A stretch of 63,876 nucleotides of DNA, filler included, from Welwitschia mirabilis (taxonomy: Eukaryota): the NCBI GenBank assembly GCA_051453625.1. It is 8 parts of one record of this genome, joined end to end, with 100 filler letters (N's around TTAATTAATTAA, not from the genome) between each part and the next. Parts side by side here need not be neighbours in the genome. Positions count along the whole stretch, not along the records: positions 1 to 11,578 come from JBOZIK010000001.1; positions 11,679 to 29,741 come from JBOZIK010000001.1; 6 more parts are not named here. The stretch is one strand, 5' to 3'. This document shows, piece by piece, positions 1 to 13,010 of the stretch. The notes below the pieces were generated by a model that was given only the letters and a program-made list of their open reading frames with translations, was not told where the DNA came from and did no database searches. The position numbers were made by a program, and so were the translations under genes. Every line of letters starts with the position of its first letter. Positions within the stretch are counted from its first letter, which is position 1.

Positions 1-2130
1 CCAAATGATTTTTAAGTAGCTAGTTAGTTTAGTGTACCATAGTCTTGGAGCTTGTTTTAGCTCATACAGTGACTTAGTTAGTTTACACACTTTCTGTTCC
101 TTATATTTCACTTCAAACCCTTTAGTTGCATTATATATATTTCTTTCATGATATTACTATTAAAAAAGGTAGTCAAAATATGTAAGTGGTGCATCTTCTA
201 GTCCTCATTAGCTACTAAGTCAATCACAGTTCTCATGTGTAGCCAATTTAGCTATCAGTGCCAAGACTTCTTATAGTCTAATCCTTTTCTTTGTCATAGG
301 CCTATAGTAATAAGTGAAGCTTTGTGATGTTCAAGGGTATTATCTACTTTATAATTATTGCGAAAAATCCATTTGTTAGATAATGTAGTATGACCTAACA
401 AAAGATCANNNNNNNNNNCAGCTCTCATATACCATTTCCACAAGTGCATTATATTCTTCTTTCATTGCTTGTATTGAGTGATCATGTGGAATGGAGTCTT
501 TGAAGAAGGTTGGTTCTCCATTAAAAGTGAGATGAAGCTTATCATCAAGAGATGCATGAGTGCTCTACCTAGTTTCAATTTTCCAACTTTTATCATCATG
601 AATATATTAGAGGGTAAATTCTAGCCAGCTACTTCATTTTCATCTTTGGAGATATTAACATTCTCACTAAAATAATCTAATGAGTTTTTGCTGACACTGT
701 GTTCGTATATACTAGGAATTTGAAGAAGCTCAATTCCTCTAGATTATATTGTAGATAAACCATTTTAGCTAGAAGAAACTAAGAAATTACAACTGATGGA
801 AACATTTGACCCCTTAATCATAGGATATTGAGCATCCAAAATTTACACAGGATGAGAAGAAGGACACATCTTAGAGATATCAAGCTATAAAACATTTTAT
901 AAGGTTTTAGAAAAGATCTTATCATGACAACTAATAGTCTTATTATGCCTAGGAATACACACATGATATCCTTTTTAGTTGATTAGAAATTCTACAAAAA
1001 TGAAGACATAATCATTTGCACTAATCTTGTTATAATATTCATTATGAATATGTATGTAATACTTACATCTAAATACATGAAGATGATTCAAAGTAGGCTT
1101 GTATTCATTCCATTTTTCAGCATGGGAAACACACCTTTTAGAAGCACAACCAATATGATTATTGAGATAGACTGTGGTGCTAATAGCTTCACCTCAAAAG
1201 TATGACTTGCATACATTAAAGTACATCATTTAATGTGTCATGTCCATAATGGCCTAATTAAACCATTCAGTGATGCTATTCTAATGAGGTATTTCTTGAG
1301 ATGTCTTTAGATGATGAATGCCTTCTGAGTCAAGAAGTCCCTTGAATTTAACTAATGTTGATCCTTCACAATTATTAGAATGGAAATGCTTAATCTTCTT
1401 ACTAGTTTCCTTTTCCACTTGTGCTTTGAATATCCTAAAAATATTTAAAACAAGATATTTATATTCCATAAAATACACCCAAGTCCTACCTGGAATATCA
1501 TCCATGAAGGATATGAAATAATGATAACCTTGGAGTGAAGGGACTGGAATAAAACCACATAGATCACTGTGAATAAGCAAAAGATTTCAATTAGCATATC
1601 ATTTACTACAAGAAATGCACTATTGGGTTGCTCTAACCATTATACATACTTCACGTTAACAAAAATCATGTGGAATTAATGGTAGAAGTTGACGTCCATT
1701 CTCACACATTACAATCAATGAATAAGAACTAGGATGAACTAAGCAAGCATGCCACAAAATTGATGGAAATATTTCTTCTTATAAAACATTACATGAAATT
1801 TCGCACATACGAACACATCCTTGAAGATGCATCATATTTTCATTCATGTAGCCCTTCGTGAGAAAAAATGATTTTTTGTGACTAATGTCAAAAGATAAAG
1901 AAGATGTAGCCTCAAAGAAGAAACATACAAAACATAAGAGATTGTTTACTGTAAGAAAGAAGGTAACTAAAAGCTGATTATACCATAACCTTTCAAAGGA
2001 ATTGAAGTTTTGTTTAATAAATGAACTTAACTATGTTGTGTTAAGAAGTCATTAAAATAATCATATCTATATGTCATATGCCAGGTTGCGCTAGTATCTA
2101 GAATCTAAGATTTATCATGAGGTATGTTTG
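1..2130 (-). pseudogene. pol: Decayed Ty1/copia pol: protease, GAG-pre-integrase, integrase, start of RT
   Basis: Minus-strand motifs in copia order: (W)ILDTSATWHM ~2070-2105, ILWHACL ~1745-1762, LIHSDLCG...FISFMDD (ORF 1281-1580), QAMKEEYNALVE ~435-472. Many stops and frameshifts. Confidence 0.93.
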
Positions 2131-2134
2131 CACT

Positions 2135-2333
2135 TATATATATATATATGTATATATATATANNNNNNNNNNNNNNNNNNNNNNNNNNNNNNNNNNNNNN
2201 NNNNNNNNNNNNNNNNNNNNNNNNNNNNNNNNNNNNNNNNNNNNNNNNNNNNNNNNNNNNNNNNNNNNNNNNNNNNNNNNNNGAATATAATAATAATTTA
2301 CAGTATGATCTTGTCTTCTGCATCATGAACACT

Positions 2334-2363
<30 letters not shown>
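2135..2363. repeat. (TA)n microsatellite spanning an N gap
   Basis: TA runs at 2135-2162 and ~2335-2363 on either side of the gap. Confidence 0.9.
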
Positions 2364-2364
<1 letters not shown>

Positions 2365-3264
2365 TCTTTAGAGTAGTAGTATTTCGATTTGGTTTCTTAT
2401 TTGCTTGAGAGTGATAGCATTAAGAAGGTGGATTTCCTTTCTATTTCTACGAATATTTAATCTTGTCATAATGTGAGACATTAGAAGATTGTTTTCTCAA
2501 GGATTAATTATTAGAAGGCAATCTATTATGAGGATATAATACTTTGAATGCAACTTCAAAGAACAAGGTGCAAATAAAATTGAATTATTCCTTGGTAGCT
2601 ATAAGGTCCTTACTAAAGTTATTAAAGGTTATTTATGATAGTTTCGTACTACCATGTAGTGATATAATGTAGCTACACAAAGATGAATCCTCGAAGCAAC
2701 ATCCTACAAAGTTAATATTATATGTGCATTATTGGTTTTATGAGTCAATTTCAATAACCTTCATCTTGATATTAGTCATTGTGTAATCAACTATTACATA
2801 ATTCCTTTATTATAATGTAAATTATTCATTCTTGTGATGAGATTGATAAGATTCAAATCATTTTTGGAATAGAATGTATCATATAATGTGATGAAATTAA
2901 TGTCACTGGTCTTACTACGATTATTAACTTCTTATGCTAGCAAGCCACAAATTATCTCTCAATCTCTATTAACTTATGGTTGATGGACTTTCAAGTATAT
3001 TTTTCCTTTAAAGATTAAATAGGAACATTCATTTTCTCAAAAAAAATTAGTGAAAATCATATGTGTGAATTGTGAATATGAATCTTCATGATAATCTTCT
3101 AAACTCTGACCATCCTAAAGAGTGACTCTAATATTTATCATAATTTCAATTGTTAAACACCATGTGAATGAATTTGATAGCATCTAATACTTACCCTTCA
3201 TAGTTTCCATAGTTGATGTAAGTTGAAGAAGAGATGATAAGTTATGAGGTATAGTTAATTTTTA

Positions 3265-4445
3265 GGGGGATTCTGCTCACACCCATAATTAAACAATGGA
3301 TCTATCTTTCATATAAAGAAACTTGTTAATTCAAGAAGATAAATCAATGATAGAAAAACAAAATGGTAAGTTGATTTAACTAGAGATCTTTCTTACATCT
3401 ATAAGTTCAAATGATCTATCCAAATCACAATGATACAACCAAAATATTGAAAATGTGTTGTGATAGAGAGGGATAGATAATTTTCAAGGGATCTTACTCA
3501 CATCCACAAGTTGAATGATCTATCCAATCCATAAATGTACAATAAAGAAAATGATAAAACTAACCCATAATAATTACATGCTAAAGGAAGACAAAGTGAA
3601 TTTGTTAAGAAATCCTTGTGTGAACATAATGAATTTTAACATAAGGGGCCTAAATCATTAGATAATCAAGTGAAAAATTTATCAATTTTAGGTCTTGATC
3701 TAATTCAGGTAGTAATCATCTCCTCTTCAAGGGTATGACCCTTCTCTTCAAAAGGAGCAAAATGATAATAATGTGAATCACATCAGTGGGGTATCCAAGT
3801 TGCTGGTTAGTTTTGGTTACCTTAACTATATATCCTTCCATAAGGGAGAGTACAATGTTATGTTAATAATCTACTTATACCTTACACTAAGTAAATTTTA
3901 AATTTTTCACATTTATGTCTTTCTACTTATTTGGTAATGAAATTCAACTAGATCCCATCACTATTCCTTTAGTATTCATCAAATATACCCTTGATTACTA
4001 AGGCATGCATAGGAATCTAAACCTTAGGATTCCCAAGACGTTTCTGCTTAAGAGAGACTTAATTATTTGTATAGATCTAACTACTACAATTATGGTTGTT
4101 AAAACTACATAAAAAGATCAAAGGGTGTGATAGTTTTACCTCTTACAAACTAAGACTTATTACCAATAAAAATGTTAAGTTCTTAAGGGATGGGTTATTT
4201 TCAATTTTAATCCTTAAGCATCATTAAAAATTTTGAAATGGCATTCAAGTGTAAAAGTAATAAGGATCAAAGATTTGAGGGAAAAAAAAGAGAAAAAAAA
4301 AGGGACTTGATTTTGATATGATCAAGTTAAGTGGATCTTTATCAACATCCCAACTTAACTTGATCTATCTAAATTACAATTGAAATGAAGTCTTAATAAG
4401 TGAAATGGATCTTGCTCCACATCCCTACTTGAGTTGATGTACTAA
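3265..4445 (+). repeat. Five dispersed degenerate copies of a ~35-bp motif (GGATCTTNCTCACATCC...TGATCTATC)
   Basis: Copies at ~3267, ~3383, ~3488, ~4333, ~4406. Probably non-coding repeats of a decayed LTR retroelement (inference). Confidence 0.6.
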
Positions 4446-7282
4446 AAATGGATACTAATGGGCTTACAATAAAAAATTCCTCCAAAAAACTGTAGAGCAA
4501 GAAAATGAATAAGCAAAAGCACTAAATCCCAGATTAAGATTTTTCCAAAATAGATTTTATTTTTTATATCATTTTAAAATAAAAGAGATTTATTTTATAA
4601 GCAAACACACCCAACTAGGTTTACACTAGGGTTTTTACTTTTACTAAGTTTAGTATCATGGTGCGACTTATTAGTGCCCAACAATTATGGATTTAAACAT
4701 TTAGATGATCTGAATGACAAACTATAAAGCCATTAGCATAATTATATTATTGGTTTGGATGATTTTGGTGGTTGTACTATTAAGGAGGAGGTATAATCAC
4801 TAAAAGTTTTAAGCTCAACATCCCCTTTCCTCTAGTTCACATCATTAATAATGAAATATTGGATTGAGGTAAAAAAGAAGATGAAATAACTTACTATATC
4901 AAATATATTTTAATAGTATATAACTAACTTAGTTTAATATATTATTAGAGAGTGGACTATTATATTTGTGCTATACAGATGAAGAGGTAGAAAGATATAA
5001 GAGTAAAGTTTATGATTGCAACTTTACAGTTATTGATTGCCATAAATATAAATTTAACTATATAAGTCCATTATACAATTAATTAATTAAAAGCCAAATA
5101 TAAAAATATCATAGTCATATAAAAGCAAAGAGTCATAATGAATAGTGATGGCTCTTAACAATAAATGTATGAAAAATAATACCTAATTTCTTAAAACTTA
5201 ATTTAAAAAAAGGATCGTGAGTCTAGAAGGAAAAAATAAACTATGCTTGTGACTATTCATTTTTTACTTTTTAAAATTTATTTGTAATTTCATATTTGAT
5301 AGAAACCATTGAAAGTTATTAAAATTTTTTCTCCCTTGGGGCTAATAATAACTCGTAGAAGTGTTGTGAGTTAAGAAACAACCTTGTGGTCATGAAATGC
5401 ATAAAATTAGGTTTTTTAAATTTAAATTCATAAGTAATAAATTGTTAGTTAAACCATGATGGAACTTGTTATGGAGCATGTAAAAAGGATAAATACACTT
5501 TAGGACTTATCTAATCAATTTGATTAAATAAATTACATGAAGGACAATTGTAAGATTGTAAAATTTGAATTATGATTTAGTAACTTAAGATTAGATCATA
5601 AAGGTGACTGATCATTAGTACCAAACATAGGACTGCTAGATCATTAAGTAAAAGGAAATATCCAAAAGATATGAAATACCATAACAAGAATATAGTTTAG
5701 AAATTCTTACATAAATAATTATGAATCTTGTATCCCTAATTACATGGAATAGTTTTTATTAGCTTTTGTTTATTGTGCAGTGTATAAAATAATCCTTGCA
5801 CAAATAGATTTTGATCATCATAACTACATGTAATTTTATCGCTCACTTTGTTTTAAAATTTAAATGTACTAGATAATTTACATGCTTATTTATAAAATTA
5901 ATAACATGCACATTTTCAATTTTTTGTTTATACACAACAAATTGAAGTGCATATTCTAGTTCTAAGGTTTACATATGAAATTGATAACATACATATTCTT
6001 ATTTTTTGTTTCTTTACTTAATACATATTAAATTTGCATGCTTATTATTATTTTAAGGTGACAGTTACTATAGTTTAAAAAAAAAAAAAAAAAAAAGCTT
6101 TATGTTGTTTGTGTTCAACTATGGCTTTACTACTAGTTTATTAAAAAATTTTGTGTAGCTCAAAATAAGCTGAATAATAAGCTATTTTGATAGTTACAAC
6201 TTGGTTTCAAAGCCATGTGACTAAGGCATGAAGAAGTCATCAGAGAAAAAACTTAATTTTAAAATAAGAAGATCATGCTTTGAGCCTTTGTAAAAACATT
6301 TGGGTACTTAACATAATAAATTAACTCATGGAAAAGAAGTAAAGCATAAATAATTTAAAATAGAGTATAAATAAATTTTCTGGGTTTAATCGTATATATA
6401 GTGGAAGTGCATGAGTGTTAAACCACTAGATTTGGTATATAACCTTAAGAAAAGTATTGCACATTATTTTATGAAACTATCACATTACACTATAAAACCA
6501 CTATTTATTAGCAATAGATACAAGTGACATTCATGTAACCACAATACATGATATATAATAAACTTTAAAAATTATATGTGTTAAAAGCTTAATTTCATGA
6601 GACGTGCAAGACTTAGAATGAATAAGAAAGAAATAATCTTTAATAAACATTCACTACTACTTTGAAAATCAATTATAATTCAAATGAATAATTAAGAGAG
6701 TTAAAAGTAGTCAAAACTAATTTAATTTATTATTATGTAAAAATGTTCTTTCTTAAAAAGTTTACTACTTGAAATAATGTAAAATGGATATGTACGAGTC
6801 ATTCAAAAGTATTATTACCTTATATCCTAATTACACATTAACTTAGAATCATAAGATAGCACTTTGAAAACATGAATCTTAAAATTAACATAGCAAATCA
6901 TTTGACGTTAATAATATTTTCACTAAGTTTCAATGTACTTGACTTGAAAGATAACTCTTAATTAGACTTGAAATGAGTTATATAAGTGATTTAACATATA
7001 ACTTAGATTATAAATCAACAAGTAATTTATTAAAAGCCAACATGTGAATGTTTATTCTATCAAAGAAAAATCTAGTTTATTTCATGATATTTTGATCAGA
7101 AGAAGGAGAAGAAATAAAGAAAAGTGGGATAAAAACTTTAAAAAAAGGAATTATAACCTTTAAAAACAATCAAATCATTTAGAGTATATCTAGAAACAAA
7201 TCCTTAGAATTACATATTTAAGACCAAGTAAGATTAATTAAAATCATTAGAAATAAAATCTTAAGAAAAATCCAATTAAAAA

Positions 7283-7773
7283 TGAAAAGGTGCAACCGAA
7301 ACCAAGTATCCTTCCCTTTCCCCCACAATTTCATGCACATCCCCTTCTTCAAATACTTATATGCAATGGCATGCATCCATATAACACACAAACTATTAGG
7401 GCCTTGCTCCTGCAATAACTTTAATACACTGATCTTCCCCAGCTACTCGCCTAGGATACTAATGATGGAACATAGTTCTAGCTACGCATAGTTCCCTACT
7501 AATAAATGAGATTCCAACGATAATGCTCATGGCCCACTTTTACACCTCAAAAGCACTAGTTACAGTGAGAATGCAACCTTTAACCATTCCCTCTCCCTGT
7601 GACATGTTAGTTTACTAAGCCCTACACTGTAAACGTTCCTAAGCGATGCTCCCTCCGACACACCCGACAGGCAGGTCATTGACTAGTCACTCATGGTGTC
7701 CCAAGGTCTTTCCTATCTTATTAAGGTAGGTGTTACCCTATGCAATTCTTTCCTATCTTATAAAGATAGGTTA
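7283..7773. mobile_element. 491-bp solo-LTR-like insertion in repeat copy 1
   Basis: Absent from copy 2 (empty site ~15785). More GC-rich than the flanks, termini TGA...TTA, flanked by AAAAA at 7278-7282 and 7774-7778. Confidence 0.65.
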
Positions 7774-8793
7774 AAAAATATGGTTAATTCTACTTTCATG
7801 AAGAACATTAGGAAAATTAGACGAGAGAAAATAAATTTTATATTCTAAACATACTTGAGAAATAATAGAAGATTGTATCTTAACTTTTTGAAAATACAAC
7901 AATGATGATAAAAAAATTTACTATTAAAAAAAAGAAAAAAAGGTTTCCCAGAGTTAGAAAACTTAATGGTAAAACTACAACTCAACTATAAACAACTAAA
8001 AATGGAATTTTGAAGACTAAATTAGGGTTTCAACTAACCATGCAAAAAAGTTTCTAAATCAAGAGAGGGTTCTATTGACAAAGTGTTAAAGTAAGTTGAG
8101 TTATAGAAAAGAGTTATGGTCAAAACAAGCATCGAAATTTGCTAGTTTTACTTGAATAGAAAAAGGGAAAAGAGAAAGAAAAATAATTGAAAAACAAATA
8201 TTATAAATTAAGATTTGAGTATGTTATAAATGTACATGTTAAATACATACCATTAGAAATCAGAGATTAATAATGCATCATTCAATGATTTAGATCAAAA
8301 GGGTGGAAACATGAGAGAATGGTATTAGAAAATATGACCAGAAAGGAGAAAAGAAGATGAAATATGGTCAAAACACATGCTTCCTTTGACACAGTCATCA
8401 ACCATACAACATTAGACAATGTTATAATTGGTACTAAATTTATAACATTCCTATTAGCACTAAATATGCAATATGCTATAAAACATTTAATTAAATTAAT
8501 TGAAATGCATGAAAAAACTAAACAAATGAGGTAAATATAAGCATTAAAACGTAAGGGAAAAGAACAATTATTATTTTTAAATAAGATCATAGCCCTTTGC
8601 ATTAGTCTTTAATCGAAATTCTTACAAGTTTAATGCCTTATTCTCCTCTTTTATTTCCTAATCATGTGCACTTCACTACCCTTTAATGCACTATGAATAA
8701 ATGAAAATGAAAGAAATGGAAAATGAATATAAGAGGATGTAAGAAGATAAAAATGAATGTAGGATGTAGAATAACTAAGAATGAAATATGAAG

Positions 8794-8867
8794 AAGGCTT
8801 TCAAAGTTGACAAAAATAGAAGATCAAATTAAGGCTTTCAAAGTTGACAAAAATAGAAGATTAAATT
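8794..8867. repeat. 37-bp tandem duplication
   Basis: aaggctttcaaagttgacaaaaatagaagat(c/t)aaatt twice; single in copy 2 (~16878). Confidence 0.9.
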
Positions 8868-8881
8868 AGAAGAGAAAGGGC

Positions 8882-9025
8882 TATATATATATATATATAT
8901 ATATATANNNNNNNNNNNNNNNNNNNNNNNNNNNNNNNNNNNNNNNNNNNNNNNNNNNNNNNNNNNNNNNNNNNNNNNNNNNNNNNNNNNNNNNNNNNNN
9001 NNNNNNNAATTAGAAGAGAAAGGGC

Positions 9026-9074
<49 letters not shown>
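8882..9074. repeat. (TA)n(GA)n compound microsatellite around an N gap
   Basis: Directly visible. Confidence 0.9.
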
Positions 9075-9079
<5 letters not shown>

Positions 9080-9879
9080 TAGAACTCCTGTAAATGCAAA
9101 ATAGAGCATAAAAATGGCATAACATGAGTATTATAGCTTGTATTATGAATATATTTCTGATCTGGCATAAAAATAGGATTTATATAGATGTACTAGGATT
9201 GAATTAATTAAGGTAGTTGCTAAAAATTTCAAATTTACACTTGTGTTTCATGCTTAGAAGTTAAAAACTACTATACAATACTATAATGTCAAAATACACT
9301 AGAGATGGTTCTAAAGTACCACAAGTATTTATCACATTAACTAGTAAAACTTATAAAATGTGAATTGCATTAGTTATGTTTCTTATGATTGATAGTATAT
9401 GAAAACATTAAAATTAACTAAGAAATCACTATAAATAAATAATTCATTACTTTTAGAATGTAGATTTCTAATCGACTGATGTTTTGATAGGCTTTGAGAT
9501 ACTTTACTATTATGCATTCAGTATCAAAATGACTCTAAATTGTCACATCAATAAGTGAATGAAATATTATGATGAAAATGGATTATGAGTTATCTTTAGG
9601 ATTACTAGGTTGAAGTAATCCTTCATGCTCTACGTATCTATTTTAGATCTCAGCCTATTAATCATGAACATTACAACTTACCTCAAAATGGATCAAAATG
9701 CATCATTTTGTACTCATCAAATCTCTGATGCTCTTGTATATTTAAGACTACAAAAATACCTCTAAGTGTAGTATAATAGCTGTAAAATAATGAAAAATTC
9801 TCACTTTTAATATCTTAGTTTATTAATATCTTAGGCTTCATCACACCCCATAATTGGGCTTGTTATACATATCTTACAA

Positions 9880-11300
9880 GTGATGATGATAATACGAATA
9901 AAGCCTAGTATTAATTTGGATATTTAATTGAAGGATCTGTGTTATGATGCCAAGTTGTAGAAATTTAATAGTGTATTTTGAGTACTTTTGCAGGACATTC
10001 ACATAGGTTTTGATGCAATACTGATGACTATGGAGATATGACAAGATGATCAGTAAAACATGTAATCCTTAGCATTTTTGGTAGTTTCTTAGGCCTATTC
10101 TGACACTGCATATTTGGAGGAAGGACTTTATGATGCAAAAGACTGACTTGCTTTTGAGATTGGAGAAAAGGAAGACCATTGTCTTTTGTGTCATCCCCAT
10201 GATAGGTAGGATGATGACACCACTAACATGGACAAAAGTTGCAGGGCTGACAGCAGCACATGGAGTACATGGAGACATGTAGCACATGGCGTCATCCCTT
10301 GTATCATCCCCACAATAGTCAAAACGAGGACACTGCTAACATGGACAGAAGCTGCGGAGCTGACAACAAGGCATGGAGACATTTGATACATGGTGACATC
10401 CCCTATGTCATCCCAACGATAGATGGGACAACAACTATTTTTGCATGTTCAGAAGAAATATCTTTGTAAATGGGGCTAAGCAACCCATGTGGGTTGTTAG
10501 GGTTTTGCTTCCCACCTTTAGGGTTTTACTTCTAGAACTTCAAATGCAAAACTATAAATATCCTTTCCCTTCTTTATTTCTAGCTCCATCTTTTGTACCT
10601 GATATTTGTGATGGAGGATTAAAGGGCAAGATGTCCATCTAAAGCTACAGAAAGGAGTCTCCTTAGTGTTAGGTTGATTCTCTTCCAGTGAGGTGTTGTT
10701 ATTCTGTTTGTAAGCAGATGTAATATTCTTAAATACTCTTTGAATTAATACAATTTCTCTTTTCATTCCAATTTTGTGAATGCCGTTTATGGTTTACATT
10801 GATCATAGTTTATTGTGACAACTCTGTGATTTATCTAGATCATAAAGGCAACCTTTATTTATGTTAACCTTGGTTAGTAGTAGATTTGCTACTTCATTTT
10901 AATTCCATATTTCATATTGCATATTTTTCCTTGAATGGATCTCATAGTTTATGTTGGTTAAGAACTAGTTGTATACTCTTCTTAATTGATATAAATTATA
11001 GAGAAGCCAGTCCTGTGACAGAAGTATTAGGAACTAAGAGAGTTCATTCCATTTCCATTTGCATTTTAACTCCATTCTTCTTACATTGCATTTACTTTAT
11101 TATTTACTTTCAGTTATTAAAAGACAAAAGACTAAAAATAATTTTGGAAATCAATTCTCTAACTCTGAGCCTAGTGCCTTCGTGGGGATTATGACATTTG
11201 AATGAACTCTCATCTATATTAGCGTGTGTTTTTCTATAGGTTATTTAATTTACAGGTTTACCTAAAGGACTTCAGGATTGCATAAATTCACACTGCAACA
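9880..11300 (+). mobile_element. Athila-type gypsy 5' LTR (left boundary approximate)
   Basis: Ends GCAACA at 11300 immediately before a tRNA-Asp PBS; CTATAAATA at 10552-10560; tandem repeats upstream of the TATA. Confidence 0.8.
10189..10435 (+). repeat. ~2.3 copies of a ~105-113-bp unit in the LTR U3 region
   Basis: Units start (g/a)tcatccc...atag at ~10189, ~10302, ~10406; acaccactaacatggacaaaagttgc matches acactgctaacatggacagaagctgc. Confidence 0.85.
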
Positions 11301-11303
11301 ATT

Positions 11304-11321
11304 TGGTGCCATTGCCGAGGA
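11304..11321 (+). other. Primer-binding site, tRNA-Asp type (Athila)
   Basis: tggtgccattgccgagga vs canonical tggcgccgttgccgggga (15/18), 3 bp after the LTR end. Confidence 0.85.
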
Positions 11322-11578
11322 AGGCCCCAAGGAGCTAAGAGAATTATCATTAACCAGATAAGTACCTTGAATCTATTATTCAGGTTATTCATTTAAGTTA
11401 ATGTTGTATTTCTAGTATAGTTTAAAGTAGATTTATTTCTGTGTGATTTTATTTTTCACAAATTTTCTTAGGGATCTTGTCATTTTCTCCGTCATCCCGA
11501 TGACAGAAGGTACCACAGTTTAAAATTTTGAAATTAGTTTCTCTTTTTCACAATTTTTCTTTGTTTTTCTTCATAATA

Positions 11579-11678
11579 NNNNNNNNNNNNNNNNNNNNNN
11601 NNNNNNNNNNNNNNNNNNNNNNTTAATTAATTAANNNNNNNNNNNNNNNNNNNNNNNNNNNNNNNNNNNNNNNNNNNN
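11579..11678. other. Artificial scaffold spacer N44-TTAATTAATTAA-N44; also 29742-29841, 52247-52346, 54693-54792, 58103-58202, 60266-60365, 62314-62413
   Basis: Seven identical 100-bp blocks; the 12-mer gives stops in all six frames. Confidence 0.97.
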
Positions 11679-13010
11679 ATAGGTTCTTTTAAAAACTTAT
11701 CTTCAAAAACTGAAAATAAATCTATCTAAGCAAAGGTTACATATGAAAATAACTAATTCAAGAATGTGCATAAAATAATGGAAAAACTGAAAGTAAGAAA
11801 TCAAAAATAAAATGCAAAAACTACTAATTTTGATGCACGACAGATTTATAGTGGTTTAGGAACTCCCCTACTCTACTCTGGATGATCAGCTTTTCCCAAG
11901 CTCGATCTTGGTTCTCTATTACTCCATAGGTTTTCTAGGTTCACCTGTAATCCTTACAAGTGGGCTTTAATAGGCTAAGTCTCAACCTTTACCATGGGCT
12001 TTTAGAGGCTAAGTCTTAATCTTTACAATGAACTTTTAGAGGCTAAGTCTCAATGTATTGCAAAGAAGTAGTAATGTGATGATGCCTTAATTACACAAAT
12101 CTCACACGTTCTATAGCAGTACAATAATTGGAGTTCTTCTCTAGTAGATCATAATAATGAAACTCTTAGATCTAACAAGAATGAAGTATTTGTACCAATG
12201 TGAATCTCCTTAAGTCAAATGTGAAGCAGTATAATGATACACCAATGAGATATCACAGCTTGATCTTTTAGATCCATAATGATTTTTGCTAAATAAGAAT
12301 AGTGCTAAAAGATCCCTAGGTCAACAATAGCATAACTATTTATAATGGAGGGCTAATAGGGTTTATTACAAATGAATTGTGCCTTCAACGACTATAAATA
12401 ATTAGGAAATGACTAGTTAATGGCTAAGAAGTGGATACATAATGCTTAGAAATTTTTCTTTTCCGTGTTGTCTGGTCGACTCCACAAGAATCTGGTTAAC
12501 CCCATGTGATGCCGTGAATTACTCAAGTCTCTTGAGAGAGAAATTCAGTTACCTCATGTTTTTACATCTCCAGGTCTAATTGACCCCATTTGGGTCTAGT
12601 CAACCCCAGTCTGGTCGACTCCATCCTGAGTCTAGTCGATCCCTTGTCTCTTAGTCTAGGACTATTGCTTGTTAGCTTCTCAAATCCGGTTGACTCCATG
12701 AAAATCCGGTTGATCCCTCTCCATTTAGTTCAGGGATATTAACTTTCATGTTATAAGTCTGATAGACTCCATCAGAATCTAGTCGACCCCTTTGGTTGTA
12801 GTCCTTTTTTTTTGACAGCTTTAGGTGCGGTCGACCCATTTAGGATCTAGTCAATTTCCACTGGAGGATAAATTAACTCAGTAGGTTTTTGGTGCATAAT
12901 TTGATCCAATTCTTTCAACCTATAAAACTCAAACTCATCTGCACAAAATATATCATTTGTTCTACACAAAAGATATTAGTTTGATATCAATTGGTAAATA
13001 TAATCTAATA
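11679..13010 (-). mobile_element. Sirevirus (SIRE/Maximus)-type copia LTR, truncated by the gap
   Basis: gatttatagtggtt...cctactctact motif at ~11843-11878, ctatttata at ~12336, about 12 copies of TCYGGTCGACYCCA-like palindromic motif at 12470-12860. Confidence 0.8.

Larger units (their letters stand above)
5362..9843 (-). repeat. Copy 1 of a ~4.2-4.5 kb direct repeat; putative 3' LTR of a gypsy element
   Basis: Colinear with 13645-18300 (about 18 mismatches in a 95-bp sample). On the minus strand it starts TGATG at 9843, right after a PPT-like TTATGGGGTG (9844-9853), has CTATATAAAT at ~9185 followed by (CT)n, and may end CAACA at 5362. Confidence 0.75.

Noticed and set aside
7747..7773. Helitron 3' hairpin
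   Set aside because: No CTRR end or TC start, and a 5-bp TSD is present.
8863..9050. aattagaagagaaagggc(ta)n duplicated on both sides of a gap
   Set aside because: Most likely an unmerged contig overlap; copy 2 has the site once.
10069..10469. Paired similar small ORFs as a peptide gene family
   Set aside because: By-products of the tandem repeat within an LTR.
10497..10530. Telomere-like ttagggtttt words
   Set aside because: Only two isolated copies within an LTR; not an array.
11623..11634. Recurrent TTAATTAATTAA 12-mer as a biological repeat
   Set aside because: Always centred in exactly 44+44 Ns; it is an assembly spacer.
12470..12860. CRISPR-like array
   Set aside because: Short degenerate motifs with irregular spacing inside a plant Sirevirus LTR; no cas genes.
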